Shown here piece by piece: positions 10,224 through 19,088 of a stretch of DNA of 64,000 nucleotides. A program made the position numbers and the translations under genes. The notes beneath the pieces are model-generated. The model was not told the origin of the DNA, ran no database searches, and saw nothing but the letters and a program-made list of their open reading frames with translations. This DNA is from Candidatus Altiarchaeales archaeon ex4484_96 (lineage in GTDB: Archaea; Altiarchaeota; Altiarchaeia; IMC4; QMZM01): NCBI GenBank assembly GCA_002254405.1, contig NJDH01000003.1:5080-69079 (forward strand), given 5' to 3'. Numbering within the stretch: the stretch's first letter is position 1; every line of letters begins with the position of its first letter.

Positions 10224-10471
10224 TTCTCTTCCATCACCATTGTTTTAGATAATGCTGCTATGAAAAGGAAGGTCGTCACCCCGGCTCCTACCGCGGCTTC
10301 GGTGAACGCGACATCAGGGGAGTTGAGCACCACCCAAGTTAATGCCATGATGAGGCTGTATCCGGACAGCAGTATTGTGGCGCTTAATAGGTTTTTCATC
10401 CTTATGGCGGCATAGGATATTAATACCAGAAAAACCAGCAGTATGAAATCTATTTCTATCGGAGAGTTCAT
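10220..10471 (-). CDS. Mrp/MbhD-like (DUF4040) small subunit
   Basis: SPDVAFTEAAVGAG signature. Confidence 0.88.
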   Translation of the reverse strand: MNSPIEIDFILLVFLVLISYAAIRMKNLLSATILLSGYSLIMALTWVVLNSPDVAFTEAAVGAGVTTFLFIAALSKTMVMEEK

Positions 10472-10785
10472 CCGTCCACCTCCCTTACCCAGGGCTTAAC
10501 TCCTTTGTTGTATACTGCCCTGGATATCGTATGTGTTGCCACCGGGGATGTGAGCATTATGAATATCATCATTATGAGAAGCTTTGCTGTTGTGGTTGAT
10601 ATGCCAGAATATAATCCAAGCCCGAGCAATATTAGGCTTGCTCCTAGGGTGTCTCCTTTCCCGGTCGCATGAAGTCGGGTGTAGAGGTCTGGGAATCTAA
10701 GCAATCCTATGGTGGCGGTTATGAAAAAAAACAACCCCCCGGCAAGAAACAATACCGTCACCCCATCCATAATACAATCCATCAT
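10468..10785 (-). CDS. mrpG: Mrp antiporter subunit G
   Basis: GLLRFPDLYTRLHATGKGDTLG signature. Confidence 0.93.
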   Translation of the reverse strand: MMDCIMDGVTVLFLAGGLFFFITATIGLLRFPDLYTRLHATGKGDTLGASLILLGLGLYSGISTTTAKLLIMMIFIMLTSPVATHTISRAVYNKGVKPWVREVDG

Positions 10786-10788
10786 TTC

Positions 10789-11052
10789 CTATAATCCCCC
10801 GAACTCTATTTGTTTAGATAGTGCCACCGTTAATATGAAATTAAATAGCGCGTATACTATTGCGACATCGACAAAATAGAGGCTGTCAAACAGGTAGCCT
10901 ATGAGCACCACTATTATGATTGTTTTAGTGCCTACTACGTTTATGGCTATCGCCCTGTCCCATGGTTCGGGTCCTACTATCGCCCGGTAGAGGCAGAGCA
11001 GGGTGGTGGCCAGCAGGCATAATGTTGTGTACTCGAATATTTCTTGCATCAT
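10789..11052 (-). CDS. mrpF: Mrp antiporter subunit F
   Basis: YRAIVGP..DRAIAIN; DVAIVYALFNF. Confidence 0.9.
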   Translation of the reverse strand: MMQEIFEYTTLCLLATTLLCLYRAIVGPEPWDRAIAINVVGTKTIIIVVLIGYLFDSLYFVDVAIVYALFNFILTVALSKQIEFGGL

Positions 11053-11540
11053 GTTTCGTCCTCAAATATCTCCACCAATCTGGTTCTCATCGTGCCATCT
11101 AATAGCTCCTGCGCCGATTTATCCGATAGTGAGTGGACAAAATACCTGTTTTTCTTTACGTCTATGGTTATTGTCCCGGGTGTGAGTGTTATTGAGTTGG
11201 CGAGTGTTGTTTTCCCTATATCCCCTTTAAGCTGCGTATCGAATTCTATAATCTTGGGGTTGATGGGCATGCTGGGATGTAAAACCCGATACGCTACATC
11301 CAGGTTGGCGAGTATTATGCTGTATCCCAGGTAAATCAGGTATTTGAGGGCTTGGATTATTTTTTTTAGTGAGGTGTTTGTTTTATCTTCTGCTATCAGT
11401 AAATCGCTGGAGTAGTACGCTACGAGCAGACTACCGATTACTCCGGCGCTGATATGCAGTAAGTCGATTCTTGCGGACAGCAGCATCCAGAATAACACCA
11501 TGATTGCGAATGTTAGAGTAAAGGGCTTTATCTTTACCAT
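11049..11540 (-). CDS. mrpE: Mrp antiporter subunit E
   Basis: LANSITLTPGT signature. Confidence 0.93.
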   Translation of the reverse strand: MVKIKPFTLTFAIMVLFWMLLSARIDLLHISAGVIGSLLVAYYSSDLLIAEDKTNTSLKKIIQALKYLIYLGYSIILANLDVAYRVLHPSMPINPKIIEFDTQLKGDIGKTTLANSITLTPGTITIDVKKNRYFVHSLSDKSAQELLDGTMRTRLVEIFEDET

Positions 11541-11627
11541 TTTTATTACTTCATTTACTATAATTGAGTTATAATTATCTGTAACTATAATTAATTATAA
11601 TGATAAATTAAATCAATAATATCTACG
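11541..11627. promoter_or_regulatory. Divergent promoter region between mrp and A-ATPase genes
   Basis: 87-bp very AT-rich spacer with TATAAT at 11559, 11570, 11586 and 11596, and the perfect palindrome TATAATTAATTATA at 11586-11599. Confidence 0.55.
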
Positions 11628-13646
11628 ATGTTCAAACCAGTGTCCATGAAGAAGGTTCGATTGGGGGTCTTAGACCGCTACGTTGAGGATGTCATGCGTG
11701 AACTCAGCAAAATGGGGGTCGTTCATATATTGGATATAAAGGACACCAAAATAGAGGTGGAGCAGGAACCCATGGATTCTGAGCAATGTACTGAGCTTTT
11801 ACGCAGGATAAACCATGTTATTGATTTACTGGGCATAACAGAAGAACACGACGCCTTTGGCGAGCTAAAAATCATTGAAGACAAGATTGCGGTAACCGAG
11901 AAATCCTCAACCGAGCAGTTATCGGGGGTGGCAGATAAATTCCAAAAAATCGAAGCCAAAACTCTTGCTGCAAACGATAAGCTCATTGAGTTATCTGCTA
12001 GAGAAGAGGAAATCAAAGGCGATATCGAGCGGCTTAGGGTGCTTAAGGCTGTTGACTTAAAAGCTGATTGGGTTGGGGCTTCAGGGATGCTGGTTACATT
12101 ATCCGGTCTTCTTGCACCAGAGTACCGATCTAAACTGGTTGCGAAACTGGATGAAGCCTTCGGGAAGGAGTATATCTTTCATGCCTCAAAGCAGAATATC
12201 GGCGGTCTCATACCCTCTGTCGTTTCAACTCTGATAGAAAACACAGATAAACTGGATGAGCTAATATCTGGCATTGATTTCAGGCCCGTTGCATTAAAAG
12301 GTTACGTGGGCGACCCCGTTAGAGCCATAGATGAGTTAAACACAGAGCTTGATGACATAAAAAAGGAGAAGGAGAAACTAACGGCAGGGCTTAGAAGTCG
12401 AAGCGAACAATACAGGATTGATTTGCTGGTTATGCGAGAGCTTGTTTTAATAGAGAAAAACATAGATGACGCCGAGAACCTGCTGGGTAAAACAAAAAGG
12501 GTTTATGTTTTGCAGGGCTGGGTTCCTGAAAGAAGCATACAGGATATTTTGCGCAGGATAAGAAAGATAACAGATGAGAATGTGTTCATCAGGGTCGAGA
12601 ACCCAAAGGAAGATGATAGGGTTCCAACCTTTTTGGATAATCCCAGCGTTTTCAAGCCTTTTGAGGTTATTACCTCCACATTTGGCTTACCTTCATATAA
12701 TGAGCTGGATCCCACCCCTGTTCTGGCTTTGACTTTCCCCTTCATATATGGTTTGATGTTCGGGGATGTAGGACATGGTTTCATGGTGGGGTTGATTGGC
12801 TTGATTCTTTTTTCCATGGCCAGTAAGGGCACTAGGGATCTGGGTTTTGTTTTAACCGTTTCTGGTTTGTCTGCGATGGTTTTCGGCGTATTGTATGGTG
12901 ATTTTTTCGGTTTACATGGTATAATTCATCCGGTCTGGACATCACCTCTTGAGGCTCCTACGACCCTGTTGTTGTTTATTTTTGGCGTGGGGATGGTTCA
13001 CATCGGTCTTGGTTTGTTTATGGATGTGGTGAAGCTTCTGGCTAAGGGGGAATTACTTCATGCGTTGTTTGAGCCGATAACCAAGCTCTGGCTTTACTAT
13101 GGTACGGTTGCTTTTGGTTTAATGAGTTTCCAGTCTTATGGGATGGACGTAATAAGCTGGGTGGGGAATATGGCTTTCCTGCCTCTTATTGTGCTGCCTC
13201 TTGTGGTTCTTGCATTCTCGGGGGTTCTGGTTCATCTGCCCAGGATTGATGTGAGCAAAATCGGGGCTCAACTGGCTGAGGGGGGCTTTGAGGCGTTTGA
13301 CACGGTTTTGATTTTTCTTTCGAATACCTTATCCTATGGCCGTATGTTTGCCTTGTTGCTTGTTCATGCCGGGCTTTTTGTTGCCTTGTTCAGTGTTGTG
13401 GGGACGTTTACGGGCATAAATCATCATAATCTGGTTTTGGGTGAGATGGTTTCTGTTGAGGGTATTATATGGTTTGTTTTTATTTTTATCGGCACTTTTT
13501 TGATTATTGGATTGGAGGGTCTTATTGTTTTCCTGCACACTCTGAGGCTTCACTATTATGAGTGGTTCACGAAGTTTTTTGACGCGGAGGGAAATAAATA
13601 TCAGCCATTCACAATAAAAAGAATATATACTCTGATTGGACGATAA
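11628..13646 (+). CDS. atpI: A/V-type ATP synthase subunit I (a)
   Basis: LQGWVP, ELDPT, GLMFGDVGHG, SNTLSYGR, HTLRLHYYEWFTKF. Confidence 0.95.
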   Translation: MFKPVSMKKVRLGVLDRYVEDVMRELSKMGVVHILDIKDTKIEVEQEPMDSEQCTELLRRINHVIDLLGITEEHDAFGELKIIEDKIAVTEKSSTEQLSGVADKFQKIEAKTLAANDKLIELSAREEEIKGDIERLRVLKAVDLKADWVGASGMLVTLSGLLAPEYRSKLVAKLDEAFGKEYIFHASKQNIGGLIPSVVSTLIENTDKLDELISGIDFRPVALKGYVGDPVRAIDELNTELDDIKKEKEKLTAGLRSRSEQYRIDLLVMRELVLIEKNIDDAENLLGKTKRVYVLQGWVPERSIQDILRRIRKITDENVFIRVENPKEDDRVPTFLDNPSVFKPFEVITSTFGLPSYNELDPTPVLALTFPFIYGLMFGDVGHGFMVGLIGLILFSMASKGTRDLGFVLTVSGLSAMVFGVLYGDFFGLHGIIHPVWTSPLEAPTTLLLFIFGVGMVHIGLGLFMDVVKLLAKGELLHALFEPITKLWLYYGTVAFGLMSFQSYGMDVISWVGNMAFLPLIVLPLVVLAFSGVLVHLPRIDVSKIGAQLAEGGFEAFDTVLIFLSNTLSYGRMFALLLVHAGLFVALFSVVGTFTGINHHNLVLGEMVSVEGIIWFVFIFIGTFLIIGLEGLIVFLHTLRLHYYEWFTKFFDAEGNKYQPFTIKRIYTLIGR

Positions 13647-13717
13647 TACACAATTTTATTCGATTAATATTTTAAAAAAACATAATATTTTAAACAAATA
13701 GAGGTGAACGACAAAAA

Positions 13718-14023
13718 ATGAAGCTAGGAAAGATATTGATGGCATGCACTACACTGCTTTTGCTAGCGGGGATAGTCGCAGCGCAAGAAAACACGGAATC
13801 AGCAACACCATCAGGTAAAGAGATGGCAGCCGCATTGGCTATCGGTGTTGCAGCTCTCGGAGCCGGATACGGTGTTGGCGTAGCAGGCTCGGCTTCGGTT
13901 GGAGCCATAGCAGAGAAACCCGAGGTTTTCGGCAGAGCACTTGTGTTTGTGGCCTTCGCAGAGACAATAGCCATATACGGACTATTGGTTGCTTTAATGA
14001 TACTCTTCGGAATAGGTGCCTGA
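13718..14023 (+). CDS. atpK: A/V-type ATP synthase subunit K (c), single hairpin with signal peptide
   Basis: AIAEKPEVFG...AETIAIYG; GAGGTGA Shine-Dalgarno at 13701. Confidence 0.95.
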   Translation: MKLGKILMACTTLLLLAGIVAAQENTESATPSGKEMAAALAIGVAALGAGYGVGVAGSASVGAIAEKPEVFGRALVFVAFAETIAIYGLLVALMILFGIGA

Positions 14024-14043
14024 TGCATCCTTTCAACAAAATA

Positions 14044-14084
14044 AAGATGCGCAGATAGTATTTATTCTGCGCAGTCTTGTTTTT
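14044..14084 (+). terminator. Stem-loop plus U tract between atpK and atpC
   Basis: AAGA-TGCGCAGA / TCTGCGCA-g-TCTT arms (8-bp perfect core, 12 bp with one bulge) followed by TTTTT. Confidence 0.45.
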
Positions 14085-14106
14085 ATTACCTAGATTTGGT
14101 GAGAAC

Positions 14107-15132
14107 ATGAGTATCGCGCAAATAAAAAATTATGCTTACGCCAACGCCCGCATAAGGGCCATGAAAAGCAATCTGTTATCCAAAGCCGATTTAGAGAGGG
14201 CTTGCAGGCTTGAGGATTTAAGCAGCTTCATGGGTTTTCTGGAAGAGCACAGTTATCCGGAGCTCTTTGACATAAAAAAACACACCCAGAAGGTGGTTGA
14301 ACATGCGTTACACACCCATCTTGTGAATAACTCAAACAAAATTTATTCACTCACCCATGATAGAGCCAAGCCTTTTATGGGTGCTAGAACAAACAGAAAC
14401 GAAATCAACGCCATAAAGGGTATAATAAACTCTAAACCCCAGAACAGGGAACCATTTAAGGTTCTTTTATCCAGGAAGATGGCCAACGGTTTCAGCCGGG
14501 TAAAAGATGCTAATGACATGGAGAAGCTGGTGACCGGTTTCAAGGGGACAAAATACGAGAAAATACTGGAGTCTGTATCAGAGGATTATGCGAAAACAAA
14601 CAATATTTTCCTCTACAGCATTATGCTGGATAAACACCACTTTAGCCTACTCTATGAAACCATGAATCTGCTTGATTCATCCGATAAAAGCAAAGCACGA
14701 GATATCATCGGATTAGAGGTCGATACCTTAAACATCTCAACTGTTTTCAGAACCCTTGGCATGGAGAACTCAGCTGATTATATCATACCCCACTATCATA
14801 AACTACGCAGGCAGTTGATTGATGAGTGTTTGAGGTGCAAGGATGTGGCTGATGTTGTCTCCAAAATGTCTGATACTCAATACGGTGAATTATTGGGTAA
14901 TGGCTTATCTGTTTACGAGAAAACAGGCAGTGTTTTTATCTTTGAGCGGGTGCTGAAAGAAAATCTTTTGCTTGCTAACAGGATGCTTCTTGTAAAAAAC
15001 ATATTCAATATCGGCGTTTTGCTTGCGTTTCTTAACATAAAAGAGGCTGAGATACTGAATCTGCGCAGAATAGCTGTTGGACTGAACCATAAGCTGCCGG
15101 CAGAGGAAATCAAGGATCTTGTTGTTTACTGA
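14107..15132 (+). CDS. atpC: A/V-type ATP synthase subunit C
   Basis: YAYANARIRAMKSNLL at the N-terminus and KEAEILNLRRIAVG at the C-terminus; ATG at 14107 preferred. Confidence 0.92.
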   Translation: MSIAQIKNYAYANARIRAMKSNLLSKADLERACRLEDLSSFMGFLEEHSYPELFDIKKHTQKVVEHALHTHLVNNSNKIYSLTHDRAKPFMGARTNRNEINAIKGIINSKPQNREPFKVLLSRKMANGFSRVKDANDMEKLVTGFKGTKYEKILESVSEDYAKTNNIFLYSIMLDKHHFSLLYETMNLLDSSDKSKARDIIGLEVDTLNISTVFRTLGMENSADYIIPHYHKLRRQLIDECLRCKDVADVVSKMSDTQYGELLGNGLSVYEKTGSVFIFERVLKENLLLANRMLLVKNIFNIGVLLAFLNIKEAEILNLRRIAVGLNHKLPAEEIKDLVVY

Positions 15133-15334
15133 ATCTTTTTGTTGTCCTATACAGGAAGTATATCAACCCAAGGGTTGCTCCCATAAACATGCCCAGGGCT
15201 TTAGCGATTTCGTTAAATAATCCCCCCACCAGATACCCCACCGCTATCAGGATGATTACTGCGCCAGCCAGCTCCACCGCATAAGGCAGGGAGCTGATTA
15301 TTATTGTTTTGTCGAATTTGATTTTTTTCACCAT
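15110..15334 (-). CDS. Small 2-TM protein, AtpZ/AtpI-like
   Basis: ELAGAVIILIAVGYLVG...GMFMGATLG pattern; translationally coupled to carS. Confidence 0.55.
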   Translation of the reverse strand: MVKKIKFDKTIIISSLPYAVELAGAVIILIAVGYLVGGLFNEIAKALGMFMGATLGLIYFLYRTTKRFSKQQDP

Positions 15335-15906
15335 GGTTTTTTCTTCATCTTAAGAGCCCATGCCATGATATTACCAAGAACATGTATTGCGGGGGTTATG
15401 AATATCAGAACATAAAAGCGCGGATAGTCTATTTCACCTAAGAGAAACCATGAGGCCAGCACAGCACCTAAAACGAAATCAAGCTGGTCGAGCAGGGGAG
15501 CCGGGTGCCCTCTTTTTAGACTGGATTGTCTTTTAATAAAGCTTGCGACCATATCCCCTAAAAGCGCCCCCAAGCTGAGAATAAAAGCCAGTTCCACGCT
15601 CATATGAGGTAGTGTTAGCTGGGGTTCATGAAGTATTGACCTCAGAAACAACATGGCTTTTAGGTGAGTATTTTGTTGTATGAATCCCGCTATCGTACCG
15701 CCTGCTACCCCAAAAAACAAACCCCTCCATGTTTTTCCATCCCCCAGTATCCTATGACCCAATAACTTTCTGTTCCCGTCTATTGGTTTCCCCATCCACT
15801 CTAGTTCCTTTATTTTTGAGACATTAACAGGAAGCGAATTAGCAAAATAAGCCGGCAGAATAAACCATGAGGCATCTATTATCCTGATTCCCGTATCCAG
15901 AAACAT
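15328..15906 (-). CDS. carS: CDP-archaeol synthase
   Basis: LPAYFANS.P, LGDGKTWRG, GDMVASFIKR, LDQLDF, KKKPW. Confidence 0.93.
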   Translation of the reverse strand: MFLDTGIRIIDASWFILPAYFANSLPVNVSKIKELEWMGKPIDGNRKLLGHRILGDGKTWRGLFFGVAGGTIAGFIQQNTHLKAMLFLRSILHEPQLTLPHMSVELAFILSLGALLGDMVASFIKRQSSLKRGHPAPLLDQLDFVLGAVLASWFLLGEIDYPRFYVLIFITPAIHVLGNIMAWALKMKKKPW

Positions 15907-15955
15907 TCTCTTTATTGTAATTATGGAATAAAGAGGTTATAACATAAAACATAAA

Positions 15956-17257
15956 CTAGGGAGTTAGTCTGTGCCTGTCCCTCGGGAAGTAAACCACCTC
16001 CCTGATGGATAAATCCAGAAGCTGCATCAGCAGTCTATCGATCCCTAAACCGAACCCACCGTGCGGCGGCATCCCGTACCTGAAGCATTTGAGATAGTAT
16101 TCGAAGTTGTCTGGGTTAAGGTTATGGTAATTGATTCTTGCCTTTAAAAGAACAGGGTCGTGTATTCTCTGGCTCCCGGATGATATCTCCACACCCTTAT
16201 ATCCTAAATCAAAGGACCGGGATATTTTTTTGTCATCGGGCATGGTATAAAATGGTTTGCTTTCGAGGGGGTATTTGGTTATGAAATAAATCTCTGTATT
16301 GTGTTTTTCTTGCATAACTTCCCCGAGCAGTTTTTCCCCTTCAGTGTCTATGTCCTCGCCCCAGGTTATTTTTTTATTTTTTTCGGCTAGTAAATCAAGA
16401 GCTGAATCGTATGTGATTCTTTTTATCGGCAGGGTGGGGTTATTTATTTTTTTATCCAGTATACTAAGCTCTTTCTCACAGCCTGATGCCTCCTTAATCA
16501 TCTCGCAGACAAGTTTCTCCAGCACCCTCATCACGTCTTCCTCGTCTTCTATGAATGCCATCTCCAGGTCCACCGCAGACACCTCGTTTAGATGCCTTCT
16601 GGTGTCATGTTCTTCTGCACGGAAATATGTGGTTGTCTCATAGACTTTGTCTAATCCTGTTGCCATCATCATCTGCTTGTATAGCTGGGGGCTTTGAGCC
16701 AGAAACGCTTCTCTGTCGAAATATGATATCGGGAATAAATCGGTTCCTCCCTCAGATGCTGAGGCGATAATCTTGGGGGAACACATTTCAATAAAACCTT
16801 TTTCTCCAAGATATTCTCTTGCCCTGTTGATTAGTATGCTTCTTATCTTGAAAATAGAGGCTATTTTGGGTTTCCTAAGGTCCATGAACCTGTTGTTTAG
16901 ACGGGTGTCGGTATCGGCTGGCACCTTTCCTGTGACATCAAGCGGCAGGGGGGATTCAGAGGAATTGATTAAAACAATCTTTTCTGGGTTAATCTCCAGC
17001 CCGTTGGGTGCTTTCTGGTTTAATTTAACCCTGCCTTTGACCTGGATAACGGATTCCTTGCTGATTGAGTCAATCACTTCAAGCATTTCATCATCTGTTG
17101 CGCCTTTCTTGGCTGTGACCTGTATGAAGCCTTCTCGGTCTCTTAAAACAAGGAACTTGACTTTCCCCAGATTGCGTTTCTCGTGAACCCACCCACATAA
17201 TAATACTATCTCATCCTCAAGCTTTGATGTTATGTTAGCAGAGTAATGGGTTCTCAT
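15956..17257 (-). CDS. aspS: Aspartyl-tRNA synthetase, probably non-discriminating (Asp/Asn)
   Basis: LAQSPQLYKQ, FRAE, GMPPHGGFGLGIDR; His in GWVHE and Pro in KAPNG are the non-discriminating markers. Confidence 0.95.
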   Translation of the reverse strand: MRTHYSANITSKLEDEIVLLCGWVHEKRNLGKVKFLVLRDREGFIQVTAKKGATDDEMLEVIDSISKESVIQVKGRVKLNQKAPNGLEINPEKIVLINSSESPLPLDVTGKVPADTDTRLNNRFMDLRKPKIASIFKIRSILINRAREYLGEKGFIEMCSPKIIASASEGGTDLFPISYFDREAFLAQSPQLYKQMMMATGLDKVYETTTYFRAEEHDTRRHLNEVSAVDLEMAFIEDEEDVMRVLEKLVCEMIKEASGCEKELSILDKKINNPTLPIKRITYDSALDLLAEKNKKITWGEDIDTEGEKLLGEVMQEKHNTEIYFITKYPLESKPFYTMPDDKKISRSFDLGYKGVEISSGSQRIHDPVLLKARINYHNLNPDNFEYYLKCFRYGMPPHGGFGLGIDRLLMQLLDLSIREVVYFPRDRHRLTP

Positions 17258-17260
17258 CTT

Positions 17261-17749
17261 TCAGGCAAAGACTATTTCCATATTTTCTTCTGTGAGGGAT
17301 TTAATCAGTTTCTCTATTTCGTTGATGTCCATCCTGAGTTTTTTCCTGTCTTTTTTCTCTATCTTCACTCTCTTGATGATGGATCCGTCTGTCTTGTATA
17401 CTTTGTTGACGTTTTTAACCCTTGCTGGGGCGACGAAATCATATAGTATCTCCTCTAGATTGCCTGTTCCGATAACCCTGATTTGTTTGCCTAATGTGTT
17501 GGATAGGTGTCTGATGTTGTCCCCGCCTTTGCCTATGATTTTACCTATGTTTTTTTTGTCTGTTAGGATTATGATAAAGTTTTGGGTGTCGATTGCTCTC
17601 TCAAACCCGATTTCTCCCTCTCCCAGCTCAAAAAGAAGCTTTGATATTTCAACGTCTAATTCGCTTATTTTACCTTCCTGAAGCTTTGACTCGCATTTGT
17701 TGCACAGGACTTTTGTTTTCGCGCATATATCGCATATTGGTAAACTCAT
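17261..17749 (-). CDS. NusA-like KH-domain protein with N-terminal Zn knuckle
   Basis: PICDICAKTKVLCNKC; IIGKGGDNI KH motif. Confidence 0.85.
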   Translation of the reverse strand: MSLPICDICAKTKVLCNKCESKLQEGKISELDVEISKLLFELGEGEIGFERAIDTQNFIIILTDKKNIGKIIGKGGDNIRHLSNTLGKQIRVIGTGNLEEILYDFVAPARVKNVNKVYKTDGSIIKRVKIEKKDRKKLRMDINEIEKLIKSLTEENMEIVFA

Positions 17750-17801
17750 TTTTTATTTTACAATAAAATAATGCATTAACCTGCTGGGTGGTTTTTTTTT
17801 T

Positions 17802-17987
17802 TTATTCGGTTATTTTGATGCATCCAACAGGGCAGGTTGTCTCACAGGCACGGCATAAAACACAGGTGTCTACGTTTCCCGTAACCTTTGATTTCTCCTC
17901 AACGAGTTCATATAGTGAAACTGGGCAAACATTAACGCATGCTCCACAACCTATACATCGCTCCCGATCGATTTCTATTCTCACCAT
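17802..17987 (-). CDS. 2[4Fe-4S] ferredoxin
   Basis: Two CxxCxxCxxxCP motifs in 61 aa. Confidence 0.95.
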   Translation of the reverse strand: MVRIEIDRERCIGCGACVNVCPVSLYELVEEKSKVTGNVDTCVLCRACETTCPVGCIKITE

Positions 17988-18041
17988 TTTGAACGTGTGG
18001 GTGAAGTATTTTATTTATTTATATTTCATGTTTAAAAAACT

Positions 18042-18605
18042 TCAGCTTATCTTCATCTCAATGTATGGTACAAAAAGATAGTACTTGCTTTCGTTTTTTA
18101 GTTCGTCGATTATTTTTTCCGCTATTATCTTGGTTGGGTCGGGCATGTTTTTAACCCTCTCCTGGAGGTTTTTGAAGTCCTCAAACGGTTTAATCTCTCT
18201 TTCAGTTAATATGTCTTGTCTGTGTCTTTTACCTATTCTGGGTAGTGTCTCAAGCTTATGGAGTCTGGTGCTTATGATACCCGCCGTGTTGAAGAATTCA
18301 ATGTATGCTTTTTCCTTGTCTTTTATTATTTCCATGAGTATTATTTTGAGTTCTGTTTTGGCTGTTGGGGTAAGCCACTCGTATTTGATTCGTCTCTCTA
18401 TGTGGTCTACTTTGTCTCTGGTTCCCTCTCCTATGTAAAGCCTGCTCCCTACTTCGAGTTTCATGTCTTTTCTGGGTGCGAGCTCCAGCAACGAAAAATG
18501 TTTTTCTCCCACCACCTGGGCTATGGGTTTCCTTTTGTGGGGTGGGACCTCTGATTTGCCCATGGGCAGAAAGTCGAGTACGCGAACATATTCGTCCTTT
18601 TTCAT
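18042..18605 (-). CDS. DUF655 putative RNA-binding protein
   Basis: VLDFLPMG, FFNTAG.ISTRLH.LETLP.IG; conserved position after rpo4. Confidence 0.92.
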   Translation of the reverse strand: MKKDEYVRVLDFLPMGKSEVPPHKRKPIAQVVGEKHFSLLELAPRKDMKLEVGSRLYIGEGTRDKVDHIERRIKYEWLTPTAKTELKIILMEIIKDKEKAYIEFFNTAGIISTRLHKLETLPRIGKRHRQDILTEREIKPFEDFKNLQERVKNMPDPTKIIAEKIIDELKNESKYYLFVPYIEMKIS

Positions 18606-18647
18606 TTTAATCCTGTTTATTTATTACGAGAACGATAAAATATCAAA

Positions 18648-18992
18648 CTAGCGGTACTGGTCTAATACATCGATTATTTTTTTTATTTCTTCTTCGTTGT
18701 ATTTGAACCGCTCTTTAGCGAAAACAGCTCTTATGTCGTCGACGGTTTCCGGCAGTATGTTGCAGATTTTGATTAGTTGTTCCTCTGACAGTCCCAGATC
18801 TAGTTCAGCCAGTTTCTGCTTCATTTCATTGACTTCTTTGGACGTTAATTTCGATGCTCTTCTGGCGTGCTCTAATGCTCTTTTCTGCTCGTAAAGCATT
18901 TCTTTTTCTTCTGTCTGGTATTCTTTTTCTTTTTTCTCCAGTATTTTTCTGACATCTACGAGGGGTATGTATTTATCGTCTATGATTTCCAT
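18648..18992 (-). CDS. rpo4: RNA polymerase subunit Rpo4 (F)
   Basis: YEQKRALEH...KICNILPETVDDIRAVF; the true start is ATG 18992, not 19058. Confidence 0.92.
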   Translation of the reverse strand: MEIIDDKYIPLVDVRKILEKKEKEYQTEEKEMLYEQKRALEHARRASKLTSKEVNEMKQKLAELDLGLSEEQLIKICNILPETVDDIRAVFAKERFKYNEEEIKKIIDVLDQYR

Positions 18993-19002
18993 TTTATATC
19001 TT

Positions 19003-19058
19003 TTATTGGGTGGGGGTGAGGTGTTCTGGTTCCTGCGGTATCCTTTTGAGCCCTTCAT
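19003..19058 (-). pseudogene. rpl21e: Ribosomal protein L21e remnant with large internal deletion (real or assembly artefact)
   Basis: MKGSKGYRR (L21e N-terminus) plus 2 nt plus PEHLTPTQ* (L21e C-terminal PEHL) in 56 bp, at the canonical rpl21e-rpo4-DUF655 position. Confidence 0.85.
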
Positions 19059-19088
19059 TTTTTTGTGGAAATAAATATGAGATTACGT

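Noticed and set aside
4175-11540. Membrane-bound hydrogenase or Mbs/Mbx complex
   Set aside because: Only antiporter-module subunits are present; no NuoB/C/D/H/I-like or NiFe catalytic genes are adjacent.
18648-19058. 136-aa Rpo4 with a novel N-terminal extension (L21e-Rpo4 fusion)
   Set aside because: The extension is the out-of-frame read-through of the deleted rpl21e; Rpo4 has its own ATG at 18992.
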